A stretch of DNA of 64,000 nt, from NCBI GenBank assembly GCA_036676805.1, contig JAKFCD010000110.1, positions 66,378-130,377 on the forward strand, in the 5' to 3' direction. Within the stretch, counting starts at the first letter, position 1. Each line of letters opens with the position of its first letter. Below the pieces are notes generated by a model, which was given only the letters and a program-made list of their open reading frames with translations, searched no databases and had not been told where the DNA came from. The position numbers and the translations under genes are program-made. This document shows, piece by piece, positions 8,410 through 18,800 of the stretch. The stretch is from Elusimicrobiota bacterium (GTDB lineage: Bacteria > Elusimicrobiota > Elusimicrobia > UBA1565 > UBA9628).

Positions 8410-10944
8410 ATGGGCCGAGGCCGCGAGCTAGAGAGCAAGAAGCCAATCGAGCAGTACGACCACGCGGGCAAGACTCGAAAGAACAACCCTCCCGTCGGCC
8501 TGGTCACGGCCGATACCGAGAAGGCCGACTCCGACAAGAAAACTTACGCATACGACCCGCACATCGACCCTCGCCTGGATTGGGCAGGGAAGAAGGAGCA
8601 CACGTCCTTCGAGGTGCCGACGGTCTCCCTTCACGTCCACGAGCGCATTGACCCAAAGACGATCATCGAAGCCGTGCGTCGCAAGAACGGCAACGGCCAG
8701 ATGCAGTTGCCGCTGTTCGAGTCCCCGAAAGAGAACCCCCCGCTCCGCGAGGCGCTAGACTTCTACAAGCACTCGCACAACTGGTCTAACCGCCTGATTG
8801 CCGGCGACTCGCTGCTCGTTATGAACTCCCTCATCGAGAAGGAGGGTATGGCCGGGCAACTTCAGATGATCTACATCGACCCGCCCTACGGCATCAAGTA
8901 CGGCTCGAACTTCCAGCCGTTCGTCAACAAACGGGATGTGAAGGATGGCAAGGACGACGATCTGACTCAGGAACCCGAGACCATCAGGGCCTTCCGGGAT
9001 ACCTGGGAACTCGGGGTCCACTCGTACCTAACCTACTTGAGGGATCGCCTCTTGCTGGCAAAGCGCTTGCTGGCCGAGAGTGGCTCTTGCTTCGTTCAAA
9101 TCTCCGACGAGAATGTTCAGCGCGTCCGCCTCCTAATGGACGAAGTCTTCGGCGCAGAGAATTTCTGTTCTCAAATCATCTTCCGAAAGACCACCGGGAA
9201 GGGAAGTGCAATGCTTGACAATACGTACGATGTCCTCCTGTGGTATGCCCGCGATAAAGCCCAAGCGCAGAAGCGGTTTCGGCGCATGTATTTTCTGCGC
9301 AAGCGCTCCGACGATGACAATTACCGGTTCGTCGAGGAACAGAATGGATCTAGACGGACCCTCAAAAAGCAGGAGTGGGAGCAGATCGATTCACTCGTCG
9401 ACCTCAAAATCTTCAGCGCGAATCCTCTGACGTCTCAGTCAGCGAGTTCTACAACCCTCTTTAATTATAAGTTCCAAGGAAAGGTCTTTTCCCCCGGCAA
9501 GGGCGGATGGAAGACGAACCTGGAGGGAATGAAGCGCCTCGAAGCCGAAAGGCGCCTCATGGGAATCGGGAACACTCTAAGATTCATCCGGTACTATGAC
9601 GACTTCCCGTATCAAAGCTTCAGCGATATTTGGGACGACACGCGACAGAGCGGGTTCGGAGAAGCAAAAATCTACGTCGTCCAGACGATGGCCCGGGTGG
9701 TTGCACGCTGCATTCAAATGACCACAGATCCGGGCGACCTGGTCTTCGATCCCACCTGCGGGTCTGGAACTACCGCTGCCGCTGCTGAACAATGGGGCCG
9801 GCGCTGGATTACTTGCGATACGTCCCGGGTCGCCATCAGCCTTGCGAAGCAACGGCTCATGACGACCTTGTACGACTACTATGAGTTGGCCCACCCTGAA
9901 GAAGGCGTCGGTAGCGGTTTCAAATACAAGAGGGTGCCGCATGTAACCCTCAAATCAATTGCGAATAGTGAGCCGCCGACTCCTGAGACTCTATATGATC
10001 AACCGCTTCCGAATGCCACTAGAGCTCGCATCACGGGCCCATTTACGGTAGAGGCAGTTCCATCGCCCGTCGTTAAGCCTCTCTCCGAGGTCCAACAAGA
10101 ACAGGCGATTAGCGATGGTTCCCTGTCTCGCGCCGGTGCCACCTCGCGGCAAGCTGACTGGCGGGCGGAGCTCCTACAGACCGGAATCCGAGGCAAGGGC
10201 AAGCAGTCCATTGATTTCTCGCGAATCGAACCCCTCCCAGGGACTCGCTGGCTACACGCAGACGGGGAGACAAAAGGTTCGAGCCCTGAGCGAGTCGTTG
10301 TGTCCTTCGGCCCAGAGCACGCACCTCTCGAGCAGAAGCAGGTCGAACTGGCATGGGAGGAGGCGCGAAAGTTGAGCCCCAAGCCGTCCATGATCGTCTT
10401 TGCCTCTTTCCACTTCGACCCCGAAGCAGCCAAGGACATCGACGAGCTCACGAAAGATAAGACCGGCATGACGTTCCTTAAGGTCCAAATGAACACGGAC
10501 CTCCTGACTGAGGATCTCAAGAAACAGCGCTCCAGCAACCAGTCATTCTGGCTCATGGGCCAGCCCGACGTCACCGTCCGAGAAATCAAGAAGGGCGAGG
10601 ACAAGGGGAAGCATCAAGTTGAGGTACACGGGTTCGACTACTACAACACAAAGACGGGCACCATCGAGTCTGGCGATACGTCCAAGATTGCCGTGTGGAT
10701 GCTGGACACTGACTACGACGGTCGGAGCCTCTACCCCCGTCAGGTATTCTTCCCGATTGCGGGAGAGAAGGATGGATGGGCTCGTCTAGCGAAGAATTTG
10801 AAGGCGGAGATCGATCGAGACCTCATCGAGGCCTACCGCGGGACAATATCGTTACCGTTCGACCTGGGCAAGCATAAGCGCGTTGCCGTCAAGATCGTTG
10901 ACGACCGCGGAATCGAGAGCCTCAAGGTGATCGAGGTCGCCTGA
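8410..10944 (+). CDS. mod: Type III restriction-modification system Mod subunit (beta-class N6-adenine DNA methyltransferase)
   Basis: Motif IV 'IYIDPPYGIKYG' near aa 150 precedes motif I 'VFDPTCGSGTTAAAA' near aa 450, which is the beta-class order. 844 aa. Directly coupled to the res gene. GTAGGAG RBS. Confidence 0.8.
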   Translation: MGRGRELESKKPIEQYDHAGKTRKNNPPVGLVTADTEKADSDKKTYAYDPHIDPRLDWAGKKEHTSFEVPTVSLHVHERIDPKTIIEAVRRKNGNGQMQLPLFESPKENPPLREALDFYKHSHNWSNRLIAGDSLLVMNSLIEKEGMAGQLQMIYIDPPYGIKYGSNFQPFVNKRDVKDGKDDDLTQEPETIRAFRDTWELGVHSYLTYLRDRLLLAKRLLAESGSCFVQISDENVQRVRLLMDEVFGAENFCSQIIFRKTTGKGSAMLDNTYDVLLWYARDKAQAQKRFRRMYFLRKRSDDDNYRFVEEQNGSRRTLKKQEWEQIDSLVDLKIFSANPLTSQSASSTTLFNYKFQGKVFSPGKGGWKTNLEGMKRLEAERRLMGIGNTLRFIRYYDDFPYQSFSDIWDDTRQSGFGEAKIYVVQTMARVVARCIQMTTDPGDLVFDPTCGSGTTAAAAEQWGRRWITCDTSRVAISLAKQRLMTTLYDYYELAHPEEGVGSGFKYKRVPHVTLKSIANSEPPTPETLYDQPLPNATRARITGPFTVEAVPSPVVKPLSEVQQEQAISDGSLSRAGATSRQADWRAELLQTGIRGKGKQSIDFSRIEPLPGTRWLHADGETKGSSPERVVVSFGPEHAPLEQKQVELAWEEARKLSPKPSMIVFASFHFDPEAAKDIDELTKDKTGMTFLKVQMNTDLLTEDLKKQRSSNQSFWLMGQPDVTVREIKKGEDKGKHQVEVHGFDYYNTKTGTIESGDTSKIAVWMLDTDYDGRSLYPRQVFFPIAGEKDGWARLAKNLKAEIDRDLIEAYRGTISLPFDLGKHKRVAVKIVDDRGIESLKVIEVA

Positions 10945-13757
10945 TGACCGGCAGCGGGACAATCGACCAACTCATCAAGAACTCCCCGTACAAGGAGCCG
11001 ATGTGTTATTGGTCCTACGATCGGGAGACGCGTTCGTTTAACCTCGTTGAGGGTAAGCGTCGGCCCGCAGGCTACGTGCGGGCATCAGAGAGTTCCCGCT
11101 CCTTCGACGACCCTGGGGAATTCATTGAACTGCCCCTCGTCAACAAGATCCGCGACCGTGTAAAGGCCTGGCGCGAACATCCCCACACGCCCTATGCAGG
11201 AACGACAGGGATCACCCGTCGACTCCTTGAGCACTGGCGCGACCCCTCTCAGCGGGACTCCAATCAGCGCCTGTTCTTCTGCCAACTCGAGGCCATTGAA
11301 ACCCTGATCTGGCTCGCCGAGGCCCCTCCCTCCGAGCGCCAGGGGATCGAGGTGCCCGGCGACGGCGGCCCTTTCACCCGCGTTTGTTCCAAGATGGCAA
11401 CCGGTTCGGGAAAGACGACGGTGATGGGGATGATTATCGCCTGGCAGGTGCTGAACAAGGCCACCTATCCCCAGGATAAGCGTTTCTCGAAGAACATCCT
11501 GATAGTCGCCCCAGGGTTAACGGTGAAGAGTCGTCTCCGAGTGCTGATTCCCGCCGGGGCCGATAACTACTACGAAGAGTTTAATCTAATTCCGCCCGGG
11601 CTTCACGATAAGCTGCGAACCGCCAAGGTGCTCATCCACAATTGGCATGCCCTGATGCCCCTTGACCCAAACGCCGGGCCGCGGGTCATGAAGAAGGGAG
11701 CAGAGAGCGACGAGGCCTTTACCCGGCGCATCCTGGCCGACATGGCCTCCGCCAGCGGCTTACTGGTGATCAACGATGAAGCTCACCATGCCTGGCGTGT
11801 GCCGCCCAAGTCCACGATCAAGGGTATCTCGAAGGACGAAATCGAGGAGGCCACCCAGTGGGTTGGCGGCCTCGACCGCATCCACAAGACGAGAGGAATC
11901 CTCCGTTGCTTCGACCTGACAGCAACCCCCTTCGCGCCCACTGGGAAACGGAGCGGCGAGGAGACTCTATTCGACTGGATCGTCAGCGACTTCGGACTCA
12001 ACGACGCCATCGAGGCCGGCCTCGTGAAGACTCCCCGCGTTGTAATCCGCGACGACGGCGTTCCCGACGCCAGGACCTACAAGTCCCGCCTCTACCACAT
12101 TTACATGGACCCGGAGGTCAAAGACGACCTCAACCGCAAAGCCGAGGCCCACGAGAAGCTGCCCGACCTGGTGATCAATGGGTACTACCTCCTGGGCAAG
12201 GACTGGCTGGAGACTGCCAAGGACTGGAGCAAGCGGGGATTTCCCACGCCGCCTGTCATGATCTCGGTCGCCAACCGAACGGAGACGGCGGCCCGCATCC
12301 AGTTTGCCATTACGCGCGGGAAGATCCGCATTGACGAGCTCAAGGCTCCGGACAAGACCCTCCACATCGACTCCAAGGTGCTGGACGAGGCCGAGGCGCT
12401 GGCGGAACCGGTGACCATCCGCGCAAACGAATCGGCGGACGATGAGACCGAGGACGACGAAGCTCCCATCAGGAAGCTTTCCAGAAAGGAGCAGGCGGAG
12501 TTGCTAAGGCGTAAGGTCGATACCGTCGGTAAGCCGGGACAGCCCGGCGAGCAGATCCAGAAGGTCATCTCGGTTGGGATGCTGTCCGAGGGCTGGGATG
12601 CGAAGACTGTGACGCATATCATGGGGCTTCGCGCCTTCACCAGCCAACTCCTGTGCGAGCAGGTGGTCGGCCGCGGCCTCCGGCGCACCTCCTACGACGT
12701 GAATCCCGATACCGGGCTTTTCGAGCCAGAGTACGTCAACATCTTCGGGGTCCCGTTCACCTTTCTGCCCCATGAGGGAGGCGATGGGCCGCCTCCGCCT
12801 CCGCCTCCGCCAAAAACTCGGATCGAGTCCCTGCCCGAGAATGTCGAGTTTCAGATTTCCTGGCCGAATATCGTGCGGATCGACCACGAGTTCCGGCCGC
12901 AGCTTGCGCTGGACTGGCCCAAGATCAAGCGCCTCACGATCAATGCCAACGACACGCGCACGCTGGCCGAACTCGCACCAGTGGTCGAGGGAAAGCCCGA
13001 CGCCACGAAGGTCACGGAGATAGACCTCGAGGATCTGGGCCGCAAGTTCCGCATGCAGAAGGTGATCTTCGAAGTCGCCGGCGACATTTTCGACCAGATG
13101 AAGCCCGGCTGGAAGGCAAACCGAGAGTACTTGCTGGCGCAGCTCATCAAACTTGTCGAGCAGTTCCTCACAAGCAATAAGCTGGACATCGATCCTCCGT
13201 TATTCAACCAGGATGATCTCAGACGGCGCATCCTCTTAACCTTGAATATGTCCAAGATCGTCCAGCACATCTGGGAGGCGATCCGGTTCTCCAACACGGA
13301 GGCGCTCGCTCCCGTCTTCGACACAGAGTGCCCCGTGCGGTCAACCGGGGACATGCGGCCGTGGTTCACCGGAAGGCCCTGCGAGCACACGAGGCGCTCC
13401 CATATCAGCCACTGCGTCTACGACAGCACCTGGGAGGCGAGCGAGGCCTTCAAGCTCGACCACGACAAGAGCGTCGAGGCGTGGGCCAAGAACGACCATC
13501 TCGGCTTCCAGGTCCTCTATATCTTCAACGGGGTCGTGCGGAAGTATTACCCCGACTTCATGATCCGCCTCAAGAGCGGCAAGATGCTGGTCCTCGAGGT
13601 GAAGGGGCAGGACTCCCAGGAGAATCGCACCAAGCGCGAGTTCCTGAAAGAGTGGGTGGAGGCCGTCAACGCCCATGGCGGCTTCGGGACATGGGCATGG
13701 GACGTCTCCCTCCAGCCGAAGGACTTGGCAGGGATACTTCTACGCCACAGCCGATGA
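10944..13757 (+). CDS. res: Type III restriction enzyme Res subunit (SF2 DEAH helicase plus C-terminal PD-ExK endonuclease)
   Basis: Walker A 'MATGSGKTTVMG', motif II 'VINDEAHHAW', and a C-terminal nuclease motif 'YYPDFMIRLKSGKMLVLEVKG'. Start overlaps the mod stop. Confidence 0.85.
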   Translation: MTGSGTIDQLIKNSPYKEPMCYWSYDRETRSFNLVEGKRRPAGYVRASESSRSFDDPGEFIELPLVNKIRDRVKAWREHPHTPYAGTTGITRRLLEHWRDPSQRDSNQRLFFCQLEAIETLIWLAEAPPSERQGIEVPGDGGPFTRVCSKMATGSGKTTVMGMIIAWQVLNKATYPQDKRFSKNILIVAPGLTVKSRLRVLIPAGADNYYEEFNLIPPGLHDKLRTAKVLIHNWHALMPLDPNAGPRVMKKGAESDEAFTRRILADMASASGLLVINDEAHHAWRVPPKSTIKGISKDEIEEATQWVGGLDRIHKTRGILRCFDLTATPFAPTGKRSGEETLFDWIVSDFGLNDAIEAGLVKTPRVVIRDDGVPDARTYKSRLYHIYMDPEVKDDLNRKAEAHEKLPDLVINGYYLLGKDWLETAKDWSKRGFPTPPVMISVANRTETAARIQFAITRGKIRIDELKAPDKTLHIDSKVLDEAEALAEPVTIRANESADDETEDDEAPIRKLSRKEQAELLRRKVDTVGKPGQPGEQIQKVISVGMLSEGWDAKTVTHIMGLRAFTSQLLCEQVVGRGLRRTSYDVNPDTGLFEPEYVNIFGVPFTFLPHEGGDGPPPPPPPPKTRIESLPENVEFQISWPNIVRIDHEFRPQLALDWPKIKRLTINANDTRTLAELAPVVEGKPDATKVTEIDLEDLGRKFRMQKVIFEVAGDIFDQMKPGWKANREYLLAQLIKLVEQFLTSNKLDIDPPLFNQDDLRRRILLTLNMSKIVQHIWEAIRFSNTEALAPVFDTECPVRSTGDMRPWFTGRPCEHTRRSHISHCVYDSTWEASEAFKLDHDKSVEAWAKNDHLGFQVLYIFNGVVRKYYPDFMIRLKSGKMLVLEVKGQDSQENRTKREFLKEWVEAVNAHGGFGTWAWDVSLQPKDLAGILLRHSR

Positions 13758-15865
13758 AGGTACAGACCCGAAAGGTTCTCCTGCCGAAGAGCGCGCGACC
13801 AAGTCCGGTGGCGTCGATACCTACATGGACCATGCTCGAGGCCGGCGATCTTCCGGTTCGCCAACTCGCGGCCTTTGCTCTGCGGGAAGGCCGGAGACCT
13901 CGGCCGATCTATACTGCCCACAAGTGGTTTGCGAGACGCCTGGGATGCGTCTTTCGAGCGATTCTCATTGGGGCAACCTCTAAGCCGAAGGACGATTTTT
14001 GGGCAGCCTACTACGGGGATGCCAACCTCAAGACACTCAAGGTCCTGGACCCGTTCGTCGGCGGAGGGACCTCTGTCGTCGAAGCTTCCCGCCTAGGTGC
14101 AACCACATTCGGAACCGATGTCGATCCCGTCGCATGCGCAGTGACGAGACTGGAACTTCACGCGGGATTGCTCCCCGACCTTAAGCCAGCTCTTGCGCGC
14201 CTTCAAGAGACAGTGGGAAAGAATTTGAGCCCGTACCACAAGACCCGTGACAGTTCTGGCCAAACCCATACCGTCCTCCATCACTTTTGGGTTCAGGTCG
14301 TGCGGTGCGCTGATTGCAGACACCAGTTCGAGGCACACCCAAATTTCCGCCTTGCCGAAGATGGCAAACATCAATGGGCATTCTGCTCGGCCTGCCACGA
14401 AATCCACAGACTTCCTGCAGCCCAGAACTCTTTCCGCTGCGCCAAGTGCGCCAATGAGACAGAGATCGATGCCGGACGAGTAGTTTATGGCACCGTCGAA
14501 TGTCCGAAGTGTCGGCTCCGGGAGCCATTGATCGAAATCGCGCGTCGAACGACCCGGCCTCCCCATTGGCGGATGTTCGCAAGCGAGGTTATTCCCGAGC
14601 AGAAGGGAACCCGCGCAGTGCCCATGCGCCTGAGAAAGTTCCTGCGGACGACGGGCTTCGATGACTCCCTGTACGAGGATGCCCATAAGGCACTGAGGAG
14701 ATGGAAACGGCGGCACCCCGGTCTCTTGCCCACCAAGGCGATCCGCGCGGGGCGGACCGACTCTCGACTTATCGACTACGGTTATCGAAAATGGACCGAC
14801 CTCTTCAACGCCCGGCAACTTCTTCACCTGTCCATGCTGGCGGAGGCGATCAGGCAGTTTGAGGGTCCCACCCGAATGGCGTTGTCGATGGCCTTTAGCG
14901 ACCATCTGACAACGAATTGTCTTCAGGCCTCGTATGCCTCGGGCTGGCGACGGCTGACTCCACTGTTTGGCGTCCGAGCTTTTCGCCATGTGCCTCGCCC
15001 AGTCGAAATCAACCCTTGGTCCGATGGCACCGGCCGTGGCACTTTCCCAAATACGATTCGCGGCCTGGCTCGCGCGGCCGAGTTTGCCCGAAACCCGAAA
15101 GAGCCGTACCGTGGTGGATTCCGACAGGTATCAGTCATCCCAGCGGATGACCCGCCTCTAATCACCAATACGGCGGCACAAGGACTAAATTTCCTGGAGG
15201 ACGAGAGCATAGATATCGTCCTAACGGACCCCCCGTACTTTGACAACATTGCGTACTCAGAACTGGCAGAGTTCTTTGTTCCCTGGCTCGAGAATCTCGA
15301 CGTGATCAAGCGCCGCGGAACGCGAGAGACAATCATGCTGCATGGGCTCGGCGGCAAGCGCGGCAAGGATCGCACCCTCGACAAGTACACTACCGGGCTC
15401 GGGGGATGCTTTCGAGAGGTCGCGCGCGTCTTGAAGCCAACAGGCCTCGTCGCATTCAGTTTTAGACATGCCGTTCCTGAGGCATGGCTTGCCCTAGCTA
15501 ATGCCATTGCATCCAATCCACTTAGAGTGGCGCAGGTACTGCCCGCGCCAGGAGAGGCCGGGGTAGGACTGCATGTCCACGAGGGCTCCGGCGTTTGGGA
15601 TGCCGTGTTCGTTCTTCGAAAAAACTCCCGGCCGCGATCCTCAAACGAACTGCGAGTCAGCACCCCCCAACAGCGTCAGGTGGATAGAATGGTCACCGCC
15701 TGGAAGAAAAAGCTGTATGGTGCGCCCCTTCCCTTCACCAAAATTGATCAACTCGCCCTAAGAAGAGCGTGTCTAATTTCGGCAGCCCTCATCTCGCGGG
15801 ACGCAAAGACCTCGGCTCAGCCAGGGACTCGTCTGCGAGATCTTTTGTCCGAACCCAAGGATTAG
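13754..15865 (+). CDS. second N6-adenine DNA methyltransferase (DUF1156-like, with CxxC zinc-ribbon insertion)
   Basis: ATGA overlap with res stop. Motif I 'VLDPFVGGGTSVVEASRLGATTFGTDVDP' is N-terminal. A Cys cluster follows (CADCRH...CSACH...CAKCAN...CPKCR). Motif IV 'IVLTDPPYFDNIAY' is C-terminal. The ORF-track start at 13328 is rejected because it lies inside res. Confidence 0.7.
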   Translation: MKVQTRKVLLPKSARPSPVASIPTWTMLEAGDLPVRQLAAFALREGRRPRPIYTAHKWFARRLGCVFRAILIGATSKPKDDFWAAYYGDANLKTLKVLDPFVGGGTSVVEASRLGATTFGTDVDPVACAVTRLELHAGLLPDLKPALARLQETVGKNLSPYHKTRDSSGQTHTVLHHFWVQVVRCADCRHQFEAHPNFRLAEDGKHQWAFCSACHEIHRLPAAQNSFRCAKCANETEIDAGRVVYGTVECPKCRLREPLIEIARRTTRPPHWRMFASEVIPEQKGTRAVPMRLRKFLRTTGFDDSLYEDAHKALRRWKRRHPGLLPTKAIRAGRTDSRLIDYGYRKWTDLFNARQLLHLSMLAEAIRQFEGPTRMALSMAFSDHLTTNCLQASYASGWRRLTPLFGVRAFRHVPRPVEINPWSDGTGRGTFPNTIRGLARAAEFARNPKEPYRGGFRQVSVIPADDPPLITNTAAQGLNFLEDESIDIVLTDPPYFDNIAYSELAEFFVPWLENLDVIKRRGTRETIMLHGLGGKRGKDRTLDKYTTGLGGCFREVARVLKPTGLVAFSFRHAVPEAWLALANAIASNPLRVAQVLPAPGEAGVGLHVHEGSGVWDAVFVLRKNSRPRSSNELRVSTPQQRQVDRMVTAWKKKLYGAPLPFTKIDQLALRRACLISAALISRDAKTSAQPGTRLRDLLSEPKD

Positions 15866-15880
15866 CCGGGGAGAATCAAG

Positions 15881-18800
15881 GTGCCATACCTTACCAAACA
15901 GGTCATCTCCAACTATCTCAGAAGCGAATGCCGGCGCAGGCTTCGCCTCGATCTCTCCCCTGACAATCAACGCTATCGAGCTGAACGTACTGCCCAAGCC
16001 ATGCCACCCGAGGCAGTCGGTCGGCCTGGCCTTCGGGCACTCGCCGCTGCAGGGACAGAATGGGAGGAGTCGAAGCTAAACGACCTCGTTCAAACCCTTG
16101 GCACGGCCGCTCTCATCGGAAATTCAGTTCGAACGACCACGGGCTCACTCCGCTTTTCCGAAACCCCACTATCCGGCGTCATTGGGCGCGCAGCCCCAGG
16201 CACATTCATCGTCCAGGGGGAGTATGACCTGGGTCCGGGCTTCGAGGCCGCCCTGGGAATCGCCTCGCTTCGCACAGCGCATGCGCTCAACTACGGGCAA
16301 CTTCGACCCGATCTCATCCAGGTACTCGCTCCCGGCACGCAATCCCACGCAGTACGGCCCGATGGGACGATCATCGATGTGCCACAGGGCGATCAACGTC
16401 TCCCACTGCGCGTAATTGAGATCAAGTTAACCGCCGAGCCTTCCGTCCCGTATTTCGTCGAAGTCACATACTACTCCATGGCCCTCGCCGCATGGCTGGC
16501 AGACCATCAGCTCGACAATCGCTTCTTTGTCGTTCCGGAAGCGGCGGTATGGCCGGGCTCGCACGAGGCCTCCGCCGTCGTGCGTTTTCAATCCGAATGC
16601 CAGGCACAGGGGATTACGCCCACCTCGGCCCAGTTGCTGCAAGCCCTCGCAGGTGACCTCGAGATCGGCGAATTTAGCGTCTTCGCTCCTCGGCTGAGGC
16701 GATTCTTCCAAGAGGAATTGGCGGCCGTACTCGGGCAACCGTGGCGGCAGCTCGAATGGCATGTTGATAACCGTTGCATCGGATGCGAGTACTTGGGATA
16801 TCCATGGCCTGGGACGACCCCGAATCCCGATCACTGTTGGCCCATGGCCAATACGCAGGATCACCTGAGCCGGGTGGCTTTCGTCTCTCGGGGAGCTCGG
16901 AACGCCCTTGAGGAAAATCTGATTGGGAGCGTCGCCGCGCTCGCGGGCACTCAGCCGGACAACGTCGCATTCGATTCACATCATGTGCTCCGCGCGACAC
17001 GCACCGTCGTCGCCGGAAGGGCCCAGTCATTGACCACGGGACAGGCGGCGGTGCCCCCTCAGGCCGGCACCTCTGCCGTGATGCCTCGGTGGACGGATCT
17101 CCGCATTTACCTTACCGCCGACTTCGACATCGGTAGTGGTATAACCATGGCGTTCGGCTTCAAAGCTGTCTGGGGCGTCGCTCAGAATCGCATCCAACAG
17201 GGTCAGCAGCACTTCCACGTCTGGCAAGCGCAGGCATTCCCCATAGACCAGAGGGACCCCGCAGTTGAGCAGCGGGAGCTTCTTCGGTTGCTAGATGCCG
17301 TGGACCAGGCGCTTCGATTTGCGACGGCGACAATTCCGACCGCAACCGTTCAAGTCTACGTCTGGGATTCCCTGACCTATGATCATCTCGTCCGAGTCAT
17401 CGGCCGCCATCTCACATCGATCATTCAAAACCGCCTGCTATCTCGTCTCGCCTGGCTGTTCCCGCCGGATACTCTTGTCGCCAACCCTGACATTTCGGAC
17501 CGGTTTTGCCCCATCACGGTCTTACGCGACGTCATGCGCGCGGTCATCGCTGCGCCGGTTCCCCATTACTACAGCTTGCTCAGCGTGGCCCGCGAATACC
17601 ATTCTGCGAGAACCCAGCCTCCATTTGATCGGTTTGATGTTCCGACGTTCTTTGAGGACCCCCTGTCTGACCAGGTCCCCTCAGAACGCGCCCACGAAAT
17701 ATGGTCGCGGGCTACAGGCGCACGGCCGTGGAACGTCCAACTTCGCAGTCTTGAACGAACTGTACAAGTGAAGCTGAATGCCATCGAGAGCATCGCCGAT
17801 AGGCTCGGGGCAGACCTTCAGGGGCAGCTCAATCAAACTGCTCCTCGGATCACCGATCTGCGAGCCCCGAGCCTGCCGCGGAGGATGGCAGATGACGCGA
17901 GGCTATGGTCAATCTTTGCGAGGCTGAATGTGGCATTGGAAGAACTTGAAATAGAGAAGACCCATGCAATGCCGCCGCATGAGCGGGAAGCCCGTTTCAA
18001 AAGTGCTTGGCTGACGAATCGTCTCGCGGGCCCGGCTGCTCAGCAGGTACTTACGCGCTTCGGGCTACAGCCGGCCTCTAACCGACTCGTTTTCACCATT
18101 CGGCCGGGCTCTCGCGAGGTCAAGGCGAAGGAAGGAGACTTTACCTTTGCGCTGGCTCCTGCAAGCGCTCCAGGGTTCCTCGGGCGACGAATTAGAACTG
18201 TAGCAGGGGCAGTTCAACTTCCACTCCCGGGAACCAATGACGAATGGAAGCCCATGGAGTATGTCACCGGCGTCTCCGTCCAGGCTATAGATCGGGATGC
18301 AGGCCACATCGTTCTTGATCTAGACACAAGATGGGCTCCCGTCTTCTTTGCACTCGAGCAAGCCGGTGTTGTGAATTTCTCAACAGATGTGATGCTTGAT
18401 CCGGTCCACAGGGATTTCTTCACGAAACGTCTGGACAAGACTCTCAACGCCATCGGAAATCCTCCCATCGCAATCGCGCATCCTGGCGTCGGACAAGCAA
18501 TCGGGCGAGCGAGGCGAGCGACCGCAGGAGCTGTCAGTCCAGTGGCAGATGTCTACTGGAATTCCGCAGCGCTATATGGATCTCAAGTTCAACGCAACCT
18601 GCCGCCGATTCAGACGCTGCTTTCCGCAAGTCCTGACTTCGACCTCAATCAGAGCCAATGGCAGGCGTGGCAGGAATCCCTGACTCATCGCCTGCGCCTG
18701 ATCTGGGGGCCGCCCGGCACGGGGAAGAGCCGCACGCTTCGAACAATCGTGATGGGCGCCTTTCATGAAGCCTCTCAGCAAGGGCAGCAGATGCGTGTCT

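Noticed and set aside
13328-13753. Upstream extension of the second MTase ORF starting at 13328
   Set aside because: It lies entirely inside the res coding frame and translates to Arg/Gly/Pro-rich sequence. ATG 13754 overlaps the res stop (ATGA) and begins the conserved region.
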